DNA from: a virus
Lineage: Duplodnaviria; Caudoviricetes
DNA length: 26,881 bases
Strand: one strand, 5' to 3'
IMG/VR virus record: IMGVR_UViG_3300044675_004775
Coordinates: 1-26,881 of that record
Shown: piece by piece, positions 8,037 through 17,600 of the stretch
Layout of the letters: each line of letters begins with the position of its first letter
How positions within the stretch are numbered: the stretch's first letter is position 1
Translations under genes and position numbers: made by a program
The notes under the pieces: model-generated
What the model saw: the letters and a program-made list of their open reading frames with translations, nothing else
Databases searched by the model: none
Told to the model about the DNA's origin: nothing

Positions 8037-10883
8037 ATGGCAAGTTCAAACAGAGTTTTCGTTTCTCCCGGTGTATACACCTCAGAGAAGGATTTAACAT
8101 TTGTGGCTCAAAGTGTGGGTGTAACAACACTCGGTTTAGTTGGCGAAACCTTAAAAGGTCCCGCATTTGAACCAATTTTAATTAGCAACTTTGATGAGTT
8201 CAAAACATATTTTGGTCCAACCTCACCAGTTAAAGATGGTTTGGGTAATCCAAAATATGAATTACCATATGTTGCAAAATCTTATTTAGAAGAGTCAAAT
8301 CAATTATTCGTAACAAGAGTTTTAGGTTTAACAGGATATAAACCCCAAAAAACTTACGGTATTAAAACATTAGGTGGTGTTACTGTAGATTTAGATGCCG
8401 TTTCAACAACCGGTATGACTATGAATCCGGATACACCAAATGCTTCTTCAATTTTTGGGGAACTTTCAGGTAAAACCGCTCACAATGGTAGTTCAATAAC
8501 AACTTATATTCAAAGTAATTTCAGTGGTTTCACTTCAGCCGATGATGGTAAATGGTTTGTAATCGGTCAATGTGATTCTGATGACGTTGCGGCATTAACA
8601 GCTGTAAAAGAAGTAGTTTCTCCGTTGACAGGATTAGACAATGAAACATCTAGTCATGAAAAAGAATGGTACAACACATTTTTTAACAGTGGTGCAACTA
8701 TTACTGACGTATATGCGTATCTATTCGTTTATAGTGGTAGTTCAGGAGTTTTCAATGTTACAAGATATGCATACGACGCAGAATTAAATTCTGACTATCA
8801 TAATGTTGTTGTCGCAGCATTAAGACCAAGAGGGTCTTATAGTGGTCAAACACTTCTTTTGGAAGTGACAGGTTCAACTGTAGGTATTTCTGAAGTAACA
8901 GGTTTCGATTTGGATACAAATCCATTGGGTGAATTTACTTTGAGTGTGACAGGTAGTACATCTGGCGCTAAATCATTCACTTGTTCATTGGACACAACAT
9001 CTACAAAATATATTACTAAAGTATTAGGAACTGATGTTTTTGATAAAGTTAAATCAGAATTCCCACTTTATGTACACGAGTCTTATCCGAATTTGTTAAA
9101 AACCGCATTTGATAAGGGATTAATCAGAGGTTTGAGTACTTCAATTGAAGTTGAAACCGATGGTAATAATTTCTTAGGACAATGGGATACTACTATATCA
9201 CCTATGGTTGTTTCAGAAGTTAGAGGTGGTGAAGTGGCAGACTTATTTGAGGTGATTACAATTTCTGATGGAGAGTCGGCTAACTTCCAAGTAAAAATCA
9301 CAATTCAAAATATTGATTTGGACACCGGAGATTTCGATTTGATTGTTAGAGACTTTAATGATACTGACGATAATCTTGTTGTATTGGAGAAATTCACAAG
9401 ATGTAATTTAAATCCAGATTTACCTGGCTATATTGCTAAAAAAGTAGGTACATCTGATGGTGAATATGAATTACGTTCAAGATACATCATGTTATCCATG
9501 GCGGATAATCACCCGACAGACGCATTCCCTGCTGGTTTCAAAGGATTTAAAAATAACAGTGTATTTGGTTCAACAGGTAAATTAGGTAATGTTCTTTACA
9601 AAACACAATACTATTCTTCTGGTGATGTTATTACATATGATGTAAATGGTACACCAATTTTATCAAACGGAGATAAAGTAAGAAAAGTATCTTTAGGACT
9701 TTCTTCTCAAGTTGGTTTTGATAGAGATTTATTGAAATATAAAGGATTAGGTGCTACAACTGAAACTTTTGGTTTCCACCTATCTACCAACGCTTCCACT
9801 ATAACAGGAGTAACATATCAGTGTACACCATATAATTTAGAAGGTGCAGATAAAGGACAATTAGAAAATATTAATTTCCGTAAATTTACTTTCGCAGTAT
9901 TTGGTGGATTCGATGGTTGGGATATCTACAGAAATGTTAGAACAAATGGAGACGGATTTATATTTGGTAGACCAACATATGTAAATGGTCATACCACAAA
10001 TAGTGGTGTATTCAGTTCTGTATCAGGTAATTCCGATTACTACTCATACTTAGCTGGTATCAATACATTCGCAAACCCTGAAGCAATTGATATTAACGTG
10101 TTCGCAACACCGGGTATTAACTTCTTTGACCATAGTTCATTAGTAACTCAAGCAATTGAGATGATTGAAAATGATAGAGCAGATTCACTTTATATAATTA
10201 ACTCACCAAATAAAACAACTGCGGAAGAGGTAATTGATGATTTGGATTCTGTTGCATTGGATAGTAACTATTCCGCAACCTACTGGCCATGGATTCAGGT
10301 AAGAGATGGTGATAATGCAACTCAGTTGTATCTCCCACCAACAGGTGAAGTTCTTAAAAACATCGCATTAACCGATAACGTTTCTTATCCATGGTTTGCT
10401 GTGGCGGGTTACTCAAGAGGTTTGGTAAATGCGGTTAAAGCGTACAAAAAGTTAACTCTTGATGAAAGAGATGACCTTTACAAAAACAGAATCAACCCAA
10501 TTGCAACATTCTCTGATACTGGAACAATTATTTGGGGTAACAAAACCCTTCAGGTTAGAGAGTCCGCACTTGATAGAATCAACGTAAGAAGACTATTATT
10601 GAGAGCTAGAAAGTTAATTTCAGCGGTAGCAGTTAGATTGTTGTTTGAACAAAATGACGAACAAGTTAGAAATGAATTCTTGAGATTGGTAAATCCAATT
10701 CTTGAGTCAATTAAGAAAGAAAGAGGTTTATTTGACTTCCGTGTAACAGTATCAAACGATCCAGAAGATATTGATGCAAACACACTTAGAGGAAAAATTT
10801 ATGTAAAACCTACACGTTCTCTTGAATTTATTGATGTTGAATTCATCATTACTCCTACAGGAGCATCATTTGATAATATCTAA
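8037..10883 (+). CDS. Contractile tail sheath protein (T4 gp18-like)
   Basis: N-terminal FVSPGVYTSEKDLT...KGPAFEP. C-terminal YSATYWPW, PWFAVAGYSRG, LYKNRINPI, IWGNKTL, DRINVRRLL, LFEQND, IYVKPTRSLEFI. Confidence 0.97.
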   Translation: MASSNRVFVSPGVYTSEKDLTFVAQSVGVTTLGLVGETLKGPAFEPILISNFDEFKTYFGPTSPVKDGLGNPKYELPYVAKSYLEESNQLFVTRVLGLTGYKPQKTYGIKTLGGVTVDLDAVSTTGMTMNPDTPNASSIFGELSGKTAHNGSSITTYIQSNFSGFTSADDGKWFVIGQCDSDDVAALTAVKEVVSPLTGLDNETSSHEKEWYNTFFNSGATITDVYAYLFVYSGSSGVFNVTRYAYDAELNSDYHNVVVAALRPRGSYSGQTLLLEVTGSTVGISEVTGFDLDTNPLGEFTLSVTGSTSGAKSFTCSLDTTSTKYITKVLGTDVFDKVKSEFPLYVHESYPNLLKTAFDKGLIRGLSTSIEVETDGNNFLGQWDTTISPMVVSEVRGGEVADLFEVITISDGESANFQVKITIQNIDLDTGDFDLIVRDFNDTDDNLVVLEKFTRCNLNPDLPGYIAKKVGTSDGEYELRSRYIMLSMADNHPTDAFPAGFKGFKNNSVFGSTGKLGNVLYKTQYYSSGDVITYDVNGTPILSNGDKVRKVSLGLSSQVGFDRDLLKYKGLGATTETFGFHLSTNASTITGVTYQCTPYNLEGADKGQLENINFRKFTFAVFGGFDGWDIYRNVRTNGDGFIFGRPTYVNGHTTNSGVFSSVSGNSDYYSYLAGINTFANPEAIDINVFATPGINFFDHSSLVTQAIEMIENDRADSLYIINSPNKTTAEEVIDDLDSVALDSNYSATYWPWIQVRDGDNATQLYLPPTGEVLKNIALTDNVSYPWFAVAGYSRGLVNAVKAYKKLTLDERDDLYKNRINPIATFSDTGTIIWGNKTLQVRESALDRINVRRLLLRARKLISAVAVRLLFEQNDEQVRNEFLRLVNPILESIKKERGLFDFRVTVSNDPEDIDANTLRGKIYVKPTRSLEFIDVEFIITPTGASFDNI

Positions 10884-10896
10884 TAAAAAAATAAAT

Positions 10897-10933
10897 AAAA
10901 TAGAAGGGTCCCAATGGGACCCTTTTATTTTTT
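10897..10933. terminator. Rho-independent terminator, probably bidirectional
   Basis: Stem AAGGGTCCC (10904-10912), loop AAT, GGGACCCTT (10916-10924), with a T-rich tract after and an A-rich tract before. Confidence 0.88.
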
Positions 10934-10935
10934 AA

Positions 10936-11045
10936 TAGTTGCCCAGTATTATATTAATACTAGACTAGTTTTATATTAAACTAGATATACTAGTATTTAT
11001 TAATAAGTTAAGGAATATTCTGGAACTGGATACTGGGACTAGTAA
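10936..11045. repeat. Nested inverted-repeat, CTAG/CTGG-rich element (ncRNA or replication-origin candidate)
   Basis: Stems CCCAGTAT 10942-49 / ATACTGGG 11030-37, AATACTAG 10956-63 / CTAGTATT 10990-97 and CTAGTTT 10965-71 / AAACTAG 10978-84. Five CTAG and three CTGG copies. Confidence 0.7.
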
Positions 11046-11123
11046 AAAACTAACGAAAATTTTTCACAAAATCAAGTAAATTGAATCATTTTCGTAAAAA
11101 AAAAATATTTCTTGATTTGAGTA

Positions 11124-11131
11124 TATTTATA
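11124..11131 (+). promoter_or_regulatory. Putative late promoter TATTTATA (tail tube)
   Basis: Recurrent motif 35 nt before ATG 11167, downstream of the sheath terminator, so the tube gene needs its own promoter. Confidence 0.65.
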
Positions 11132-11166
11132 AGAAAGAAAATAACAAAAAACTTAACAAATACAAA

Positions 11167-11655
11167 ATGGCAGATTTATTAATGAAAATGCCGGTTCCTT
11201 ACGAACCGAAAAGACAAAACCGATTCATCGTTAGATTTCCATCAACTTTGGGAATTAACGAATGGTATGTTACATCCGCTTCAAGACCTAAAGCAAAAAT
11301 TAACTCAGTTCCAATTCCTTTCTTGAATACATCAACATATGTTGCTGGTAGATTTGAATGGGAAGAAATGCAAGTAACATTTAAAGACCCAATCGGTCCC
11401 TCAGCTTCTCAAGCATTAATGGAATGGTTCCGTTTACATGCGGAATCAGTTACTGGTCGAATGGGATATGCTGCTGGATATAAAAAAGATATTGAAATTG
11501 AAATGTTAGACCCAACTGGTGTTGTGGTTGAAAAATGGATTCTTCAAGGTACATTCATTACCAACTTAAACTTTGGTGATTTGGATTATTCAAGAGATGA
11601 ATTGGCAACTATCACTTGTGGTTTAAGAATGGATAGATGTATCCAAGTTTACTAA
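11167..11655 (+). CDS. Tail tube protein (T4 gp19-like)
   Basis: 162 aa directly after the sheath. EPKRQNRF, YVAGRFEWEEMQVTF.D, LMEW, GYKKDIEIEMLDPTGVVVEKWIL.G.F, FGDLDY. Confidence 0.95.
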   Translation: MADLLMKMPVPYEPKRQNRFIVRFPSTLGINEWYVTSASRPKAKINSVPIPFLNTSTYVAGRFEWEEMQVTFKDPIGPSASQALMEWFRLHAESVTGRMGYAAGYKKDIEIEMLDPTGVVVEKWILQGTFITNLNFGDLDYSRDELATITCGLRMDRCIQVY

Positions 11656-11674
11656 AATAAAAAATCTGTCAAAG

Positions 11675-11702
11675 AAAGGTATCTCAAAAGGATACCTTTT
11701 TT
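11675..11702 (+). terminator. Rho-independent terminator after the tube gene
   Basis: AAAGGTATC (11675-83), loop, GATACCTTT (11691-99), followed by Ts. Confidence 0.85.
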
Positions 11703-11712
11703 GTTTTAAAAC

Positions 11713-11741
11713 TTTACAATCAAGTAGTTATTAATTATATT
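11713..11741 (+). promoter_or_regulatory. Candidate sigma70-like promoter for the tail chaperone gene
   Basis: TTTACA (11713-18), 17 nt, TATATT (11736-41), ending 7 nt before ATG 11749. The AT-rich context weakens significance. Confidence 0.4.
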
Positions 11742-11748
11742 ATATTTT

Positions 11749-12498
11749 ATGGAACAATTCGTAGTAGACCCAACAATTGCGTATGATGTTGTTGAATTAC
11801 CAAGTAGAGGTATTCATTACACATCTCAAAAAAAATCAGTGAGAGTCGCATATCTAACCGCATCTGATGAAAACATTTTATCGGCACAAAATCTTATTCA
11901 AAGTAATACTGTGGTAGATGAACTTTTAAAAAGAAAAGTTTTAGATAAAGATATCAGTGTTGATGATTTGGTTGATGAGGACAGACAAGCCATATTAATT
12001 TTTTTAAGAAATACCGCCTTTGGTTCTGAGTTTAATGTTTATGTAACTGACCCAAAAACCAATGAAGGATTCACAAGTAAGGTAGATTTAAGTGAAATAA
12101 AATTTAAAGAATTTACTTTAACTCCAAATGAAAATGGGGAATTTGCATTTTTTATGGAAAAATCTAAAGTTGGGGTTACGTTTAAATTTTTAACTAAAAA
12201 ACAACAAAAGGATTTAGAGGAAATTGAAAAAAGTTGGAATGGTAATGGAGTTGCACCATTAGTAACCAAGGAATTGGAGATGATGATAAAATCTGTTGGT
12301 GGAAATAAAGAAATGATGAGTATTCATAATTTTATTCAAAATTTACCAATTAAAGACTCACAAGATTTCAGAAAATTTGTAAAAGAAAATAAACCATCAT
12401 TAGATTTAAAGAAAACAGTAAAGACCCCGTCAGGAGAAGACATCCAAGTTGAAATTGGATTCGGGGTTGAATTTTTTCGCCCTTTCTACGGACTATAG
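11749..12498 (+). CDS. Tail assembly chaperone / baseplate hub assembly protein (T4 gp26-like; lambda gpG position)
   Basis: YDVVELPSRG..Y...VRVAYLTASDENIL; D...ILIFLR..AFG..F; ends in FFRP. Lies between the tube and tape measure genes. Confidence 0.75.
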   Translation: MEQFVVDPTIAYDVVELPSRGIHYTSQKKSVRVAYLTASDENILSAQNLIQSNTVVDELLKRKVLDKDISVDDLVDEDRQAILIFLRNTAFGSEFNVYVTDPKTNEGFTSKVDLSEIKFKEFTLTPNENGEFAFFMEKSKVGVTFKFLTKKQQKDLEEIEKSWNGNGVAPLVTKELEMMIKSVGGNKEMMSIHNFIQNLPIKDSQDFRKFVKENKPSLDLKKTVKTPSGEDIQVEIGFGVEFFRPFYGL

Positions 12499-12631
12499 TA
12501 AGGGACAATTAGACGAAATTTTATTTTTAGTTAAAAGAGGATTTTCATATAGTGATATCCTTCGTATGCCTATCTATATTAGGAGATATTATATCAATTA
12601 CATGATTGAAATAGAAAACACTCCTAAATAG
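12479..12631 (+). CDS. C-terminal extension of the tail chaperone (gpT/gp51-like), probably reached by frameshift
   Basis: +1 frame, overlapping the end of the upstream gene, with no ATG before residue 30. GFSYSDILRMPIYIRRYY resembles the conserved core of gpGT/gpE'/gp51-like extensions. Confidence 0.65.
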   Translation, partial: ALSTDYSKGQLDEILFLVKRGFSYSDILRMPIYIRRYYINYMIEIENTPK

Positions 12632-12639
12632 TATTTATA
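12632..12639 (+). promoter_or_regulatory. Putative late promoter TATTTATA (tape measure)
   Basis: The motif fills most of the 11-nt gap, ending 3 nt before ATG 12643. Confidence 0.55.
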
Positions 12640-12642
12640 GTT

Positions 12643-14550
12643 ATGAATAAACCTAATATTAGTGATTTCATCGGTAAGTATGGTAGTGCAGATGCCGACT
12701 CAAATGCATATGTAGATGCAATGAATATGTATAACAGAAGTAATAACATTACTGGTACATACACTGTAGATACAAGTGAAAGTCAAAAATTTCTATCATA
12801 TTACCATAAAAAAAAATCAGGGGAACCTTCTGGACCAAGTGGTACTATATCTAAAGCGGTATCAACACAGGGATTTACCACTGGATTTGGAATGATAAGT
12901 GCTGAGGCAGCCAACGAATTAATTGGTGCCGACCAAATTGCAAATGCCGCAATATCAATTGGAACTGCACTTTTTAGTAGTAAACCTCTAAAAGATGGAT
13001 TAAAGGATTTATTCACCACAGGATTAGGTAATCTTTTTGAAGGTGCAATGAACATCTTAGAAAAAGAAGTTGAACTTAGAAACAAATTAAATGCACAAAT
13101 TGGAATTGGAGGTGAGTTATCTAGAGGTTATAGAAATAATATTGTAGAGGCATTGGATGGTGTACAAGGTATGGGTTATTCATTTGATGAATTGGCCGAT
13201 ACTGCAATTTCAGCAACAAAAGAAACTGGAAGATTTTTTGTAATGAATGAATCTATCATGGAAAACATGGCAGTAACATCAAGAGCATTTATTGGTGATA
13301 TGAAAGAGATGGGTCCAGTACTTAGACAATTTGAATTGGTTGGTATTGGAGCTGAAAAGACATTAGAAAATATAAATGAGGCGGGTAAATCATCACTGAC
13401 ATTAGGGTTAAATTCCAGAAAAACTACTGAAGAACTAAATAAAAATATTGGAAAATTAAACCAATATGGGTTTGAAAACGGTACTCAGGGTTTAAATCGA
13501 ATGGTTCAAAAGTCTATTGAATTTAGAATGAACATGCAGAACGTTTTTGATTTGGCAGAAAAAGTAATGTCACCTGAAAAGGCAATCGACTTAGCAGCAA
13601 ATTTACAAGTATTGGGTGGTGCTGTTGGTTCCTTGGGTGATCCGTTCCAAATGATGTATATGGCAACAAATAATGTCGAAGGATTACAAGACGCTTTAAT
13701 TGGTGCCGCAGAGTCTTTGGCGGTATATAGTGAAGAAAATGGTAAATTTGAAATTACGGGTGTTAACCTTAGAAGAGCAAGAGCAATGGCAGATGAACTT
13801 GGTATGAGTTACCAAGACCTATCAAATATGGCGATTGCTGCCGCTGAAAGAACATCTGCAGCGGCAGATTTAATGGGTGCAGGTATATCTGTAGATGAAA
13901 AGGAAAAGGAGTTTTTAACAAATATTGCTAGAATGGGTAAAGATGGTAAAATGGTCATTGAAGTACCACCAATTTTACAAGAGCAATTAGGTAAAACTGT
14001 AGAATTAGAAGATTTAAATCAAACCACAGCAAGTGCAATTTTAGAAAATCAAAAAGCATTTGAAAAAATGGATGTAAAAGATATTGCATTAGAACAATTT
14101 ACAGAAACCCAAAAAATGGCATTAAACATATCCCAAATTGCCGCCATGTTAAAGGTTGAATTTGCTAAGACATATAGGGGAATGGGTGCCGACATGGATA
14201 AATATGTCAAAATGGGTAATGACATGTTGGAAAAATATGTTACGGGAGAAGAAGCAAGTGGTGAATTAAAAAGTACTTTGGATGGATTCCGATCAGAACT
14301 TCAAAAGCAGGTTAGTGACGACCAAAAGAAAAAAGGGGCATCGGCAACACCACAACAACCATTGAATGTTAATAATACTCAAAACACGACACAAACACAA
14401 CAAAATACACAAACACAACAAAATACAACTCCAACTACATTTGATATATCAGCCAATTCTTTATCACAATTAGCAGATAAAATAAAAGGACGACCAATTG
14501 AGGTTAATGTAAATGGAAACAACTCTAATCCTAGAGGATATCTACCCTAA
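12643..14550 (+). CDS. Tail tape measure protein
   Basis: 635 aa, Ala/Gly/Met-rich and helical-looking (NLRRARAMADELGMSYQDL), in the canonical position after the chaperone. Confidence 0.8.
   Translation: MNKPNISDFIGKYGSADADSNAYVDAMNMYNRSNNITGTYTVDTSESQKFLSYYHKKKSGEPSGPSGTISKAVSTQGFTTGFGMISAEAANELIGADQIANAAISIGTALFSSKPLKDGLKDLFTTGLGNLFEGAMNILEKEVELRNKLNAQIGIGGELSRGYRNNIVEALDGVQGMGYSFDELADTAISATKETGRFFVMNESIMENMAVTSRAFIGDMKEMGPVLRQFELVGIGAEKTLENINEAGKSSLTLGLNSRKTTEELNKNIGKLNQYGFENGTQGLNRMVQKSIEFRMNMQNVFDLAEKVMSPEKAIDLAANLQVLGGAVGSLGDPFQMMYMATNNVEGLQDALIGAAESLAVYSEENGKFEITGVNLRRARAMADELGMSYQDLSNMAIAAAERTSAAADLMGAGISVDEKEKEFLTNIARMGKDGKMVIEVPPILQEQLGKTVELEDLNQTTASAILENQKAFEKMDVKDIALEQFTETQKMALNISQIAAMLKVEFAKTYRGMGADMDKYVKMGNDMLEKYVTGEEASGELKSTLDGFRSELQKQVSDDQKKKGASATPQQPLNVNNTQNTTQTQQNTQTQQNTTPTTFDISANSLSQLADKIKGRPIEVNVNGNNSNPRGYLP
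14389..14427 (+). repeat. 18-bp tandem repeat (about 2.2 copies) encoding TQTQQN
   Basis: ACACAAACACAACAAAAT at 14389-14406 and 14407-14424. Confidence 0.9.
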
Positions 14551-14647
14551 TCAATAGATACTAAAGTAACACATACAAATTATCTTCGTTTTCAATAAAT
14601 CAAAAATACATTTTAATTTTTTATCTATTTATTGATAAAACAAACCG

Positions 14648-17600
14648 ATGCCAAGTTACTTAAACTTTGATTCTACTAAAGAATTACGAAATTCAATTTT
14701 AGCTAGAACTCTTACCAAACCAAATGGACCGCAAACTTTTACATCAAGTAATTATGCGATTCGAAGTTTAAGGGATTTTCCGAATGTAAATCCGGGTGAT
14801 GTAGACGATAACAGAGGTGAAATGTTAAGGGTACCACAAACAAATAATGTTTATAAACCCACGAATTTCAATGTAACTGAGAATATTAGAACAATTCCAA
14901 GAAGAGCAAATCTTAATTTATACCCATACTTTCAATTACAGAATCATAATTTAATTAGTGTTTTCAGACAACAGAATTTAACTAATGAATCAGAATTGAT
15001 GAAGTTTGCGGGAACACACCTAGTATCGACTACCGGTCCCGTTTTTTCTAGAATTGCACAAAACATTGAACGTGTAACAAATGGACGAGATAGACTTAGT
15101 GAAGCGTTAAACGGTAGTATATCAACTGCATCGAATATCGTTACTGGTAGAGAACCATTAGTTGCTCCAAATTATGAAATTACAGTAAGTAAAACTTTAC
15201 CCGGTAAAATAATTGACTTTGTACAAGTTGCATCTGGTGTTGAATTACCGTTTTCTGATATTCCGGGTGAGTATTTAACTGACCCACAAAACCCAATTAA
15301 TATAAGACCTGTTGCAAATACAGGGGTTGGTAGACTTTTACAAGATGTAACAGGTGCTCTTGGTTCATTAATTGGTATAAGTAGACGACCAACACCATCT
15401 AGAAAACCATCAGATTTGTTTATTGAACATATGGGTAGTGGTCAAAAAAATGTTTTGTATGACTTATTATCATATTCAACATATGCACCTAACTATACCA
15501 CTTCAGCAAGATCACAAAATACCTCAAGACTTTTTAATGTGGTTGGTAATATTGCACAGGGTGTTGCAAATTTATTAGGTATTGATGCACCTGTAGGTCA
15601 GGCATATATTGGTGACGATAGAGGTAATGATGTAAAATTTGCAATGAACGATTTTAATGATCGTCCTGTGAGAAGTAATTATTATTTAAGTCTTTTATTT
15701 GACCCTGTTCAGACGGAATTATTTCAAAGAAAAAGAAACTATTCTGATGGTGGTAGTATTACCGGTAAACTAACATGGATTAGTAGAAATACAAGAAATA
15801 AATTAGGAGAAAACAACCAAGAATGGGAAAGTCAAAAAAATGATTTTGACAATTCGACATCTACGGGTTTTGACTTTAGACCCGATTCAATCCTTGGGTA
15901 CACACAAGAGATTTTAGATACGTTACCAACAAATGGTGCCGAGGCTCGTTCTCACGTTGCCAACGTCATTGACCAAACAAGTAGAATTTTTAGAGAAGGT
16001 GACGTGATGTTAAGTAGAGGTTCTGCGGTTCAATATACTGATAAATTTGGTGGGGAAAGTGGCGTTGAGTATTGTAGAGTATGGACAAAAGATAGGTCGT
16101 ATTTGAACTATTCAGATACCATGAAGAGACAACAAAACGTAAGAAAATACGATGATAGTGTTTTAGATCGTTCATGGAATTTAAACATTGCTCCCATATC
16201 AAATGGTGGTAGAGACTTTAACGGGTCAACAAACATTTTACCTAGCGGTGATGGGTTTTATGCAAAAAAATACATGCTTTCAATTGAAAATTTGGCATGG
16301 AAAACATCTAACGTACCCGGATTTACAGTAAACGATTTACCATATTGTGAAAGAGGCCCAAATGGTGGTAGAGTTATGTGGTTTCCACCATATGATTTAA
16401 AAGTAAGTGAACAAAATAGTGCGTCTTGGAATCCTAATAAATTTTTGGGTAGACCCGAACCAATTTATACGTATCAAAATACGGAAAGAACTGGACAAAT
16501 ATCTTTTAAGGTAGTCGTTGACCACCCAAGTATATTAAATTTATTAGTTAGGGAACATTTCAAAGGTTTTTCAGATGATGAGGCTGAAAATTATATTAAT
16601 GCATTTTTTGCTGGTTGTGAGGAAATTGACTTTTACGATTTGGTTAGAAGATATGCTACCATCACACCTGAAGATGCTAAATTAGTTAGTGATTTTCTTA
16701 ATAAGAAAGTAGATGTAAGTACTGTCGAGAGATTTAAAAATGTAACAACCACGGTTGTGGTACAACCAGAACCAACTGTTGTTAGTGATACTTCTCAAAC
16801 TGTTAAACTAAATGTTAGTTTAAATTTTGCTAATAATTGGCCACAAATTACTGAAGGAGATTTTAAAGGTACGAAGTATACCGATATATATACCCCACAA
16901 ATTGGTTCTGATAGTTGGACTGGAGACACATTATCAAATTTAACAATTACTCTTGACGATATTTTAACAGGTTCAACCACATATAATAAAGCAAACGCGA
17001 TACATGATAAGAAAATATTGTATGGTAAAGATATTCCTCTTGCAGAAGCGTCCACATATAAAAATAACACAATAAGTGATTTAAATAGAGAAATAAGTGA
17101 AGCAAGAAGTGGATTTGATTCATATGTAAATGATACAACAACATTGAAAACTGATATTGAAAGTGGAATAGTAAAAGAACTTTCAATTGTTATTGGTTCA
17201 TCTTGTTCTGCACTTGCCGATAATGGATACAACTTCAGACTATCAATAAGAAGAACCTATAGTATTTTACTTGATATATTAGATAGAATCAAAAAGGACG
17301 TTAATCCTAAATCAGTATTAGATTCTAAATGGCCATCAACATTCACAGGTGGAGGGAATCAACAAACAAAAATTGACTTGGAATTTACATTAAAGGAATT
17401 AGGTTATACTGAATCAGATGGTGTTTTAAAATTCACAACAATTAGTGCTGGCGAAGAATTTAATAATGAAAACAATGTCAATTGTTCTACACAAGATTTT
17501 AAATTCGTATCAACATCAGGTGGTTCATCTTTAAAAATTTCAGCACCAGTCGCTTTTGGATGTAGACAATCAAGAATAATATTTGAATACACTAAGATAA

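Noticed and set aside
10936-11045. CRISPR array or tRNA in the sheath-tube gap
   Set aside because: No constant repeat with unique spacers, and no cloverleaf or T-loop GTTC signature.
12449-12478. Independent TTG start for the 60-aa ORF
   Set aside because: It is a weak start inside the upstream CDS with no leader signal. The frameshift explanation fits better, though this is not formally excluded.
14576-14604. Antisense Bacteroidota-type promoter firing into the tape measure gene
   Set aside because: TTTG...ATAATTTG does not properly match TAnnTTTG, and the region is very AT-rich.
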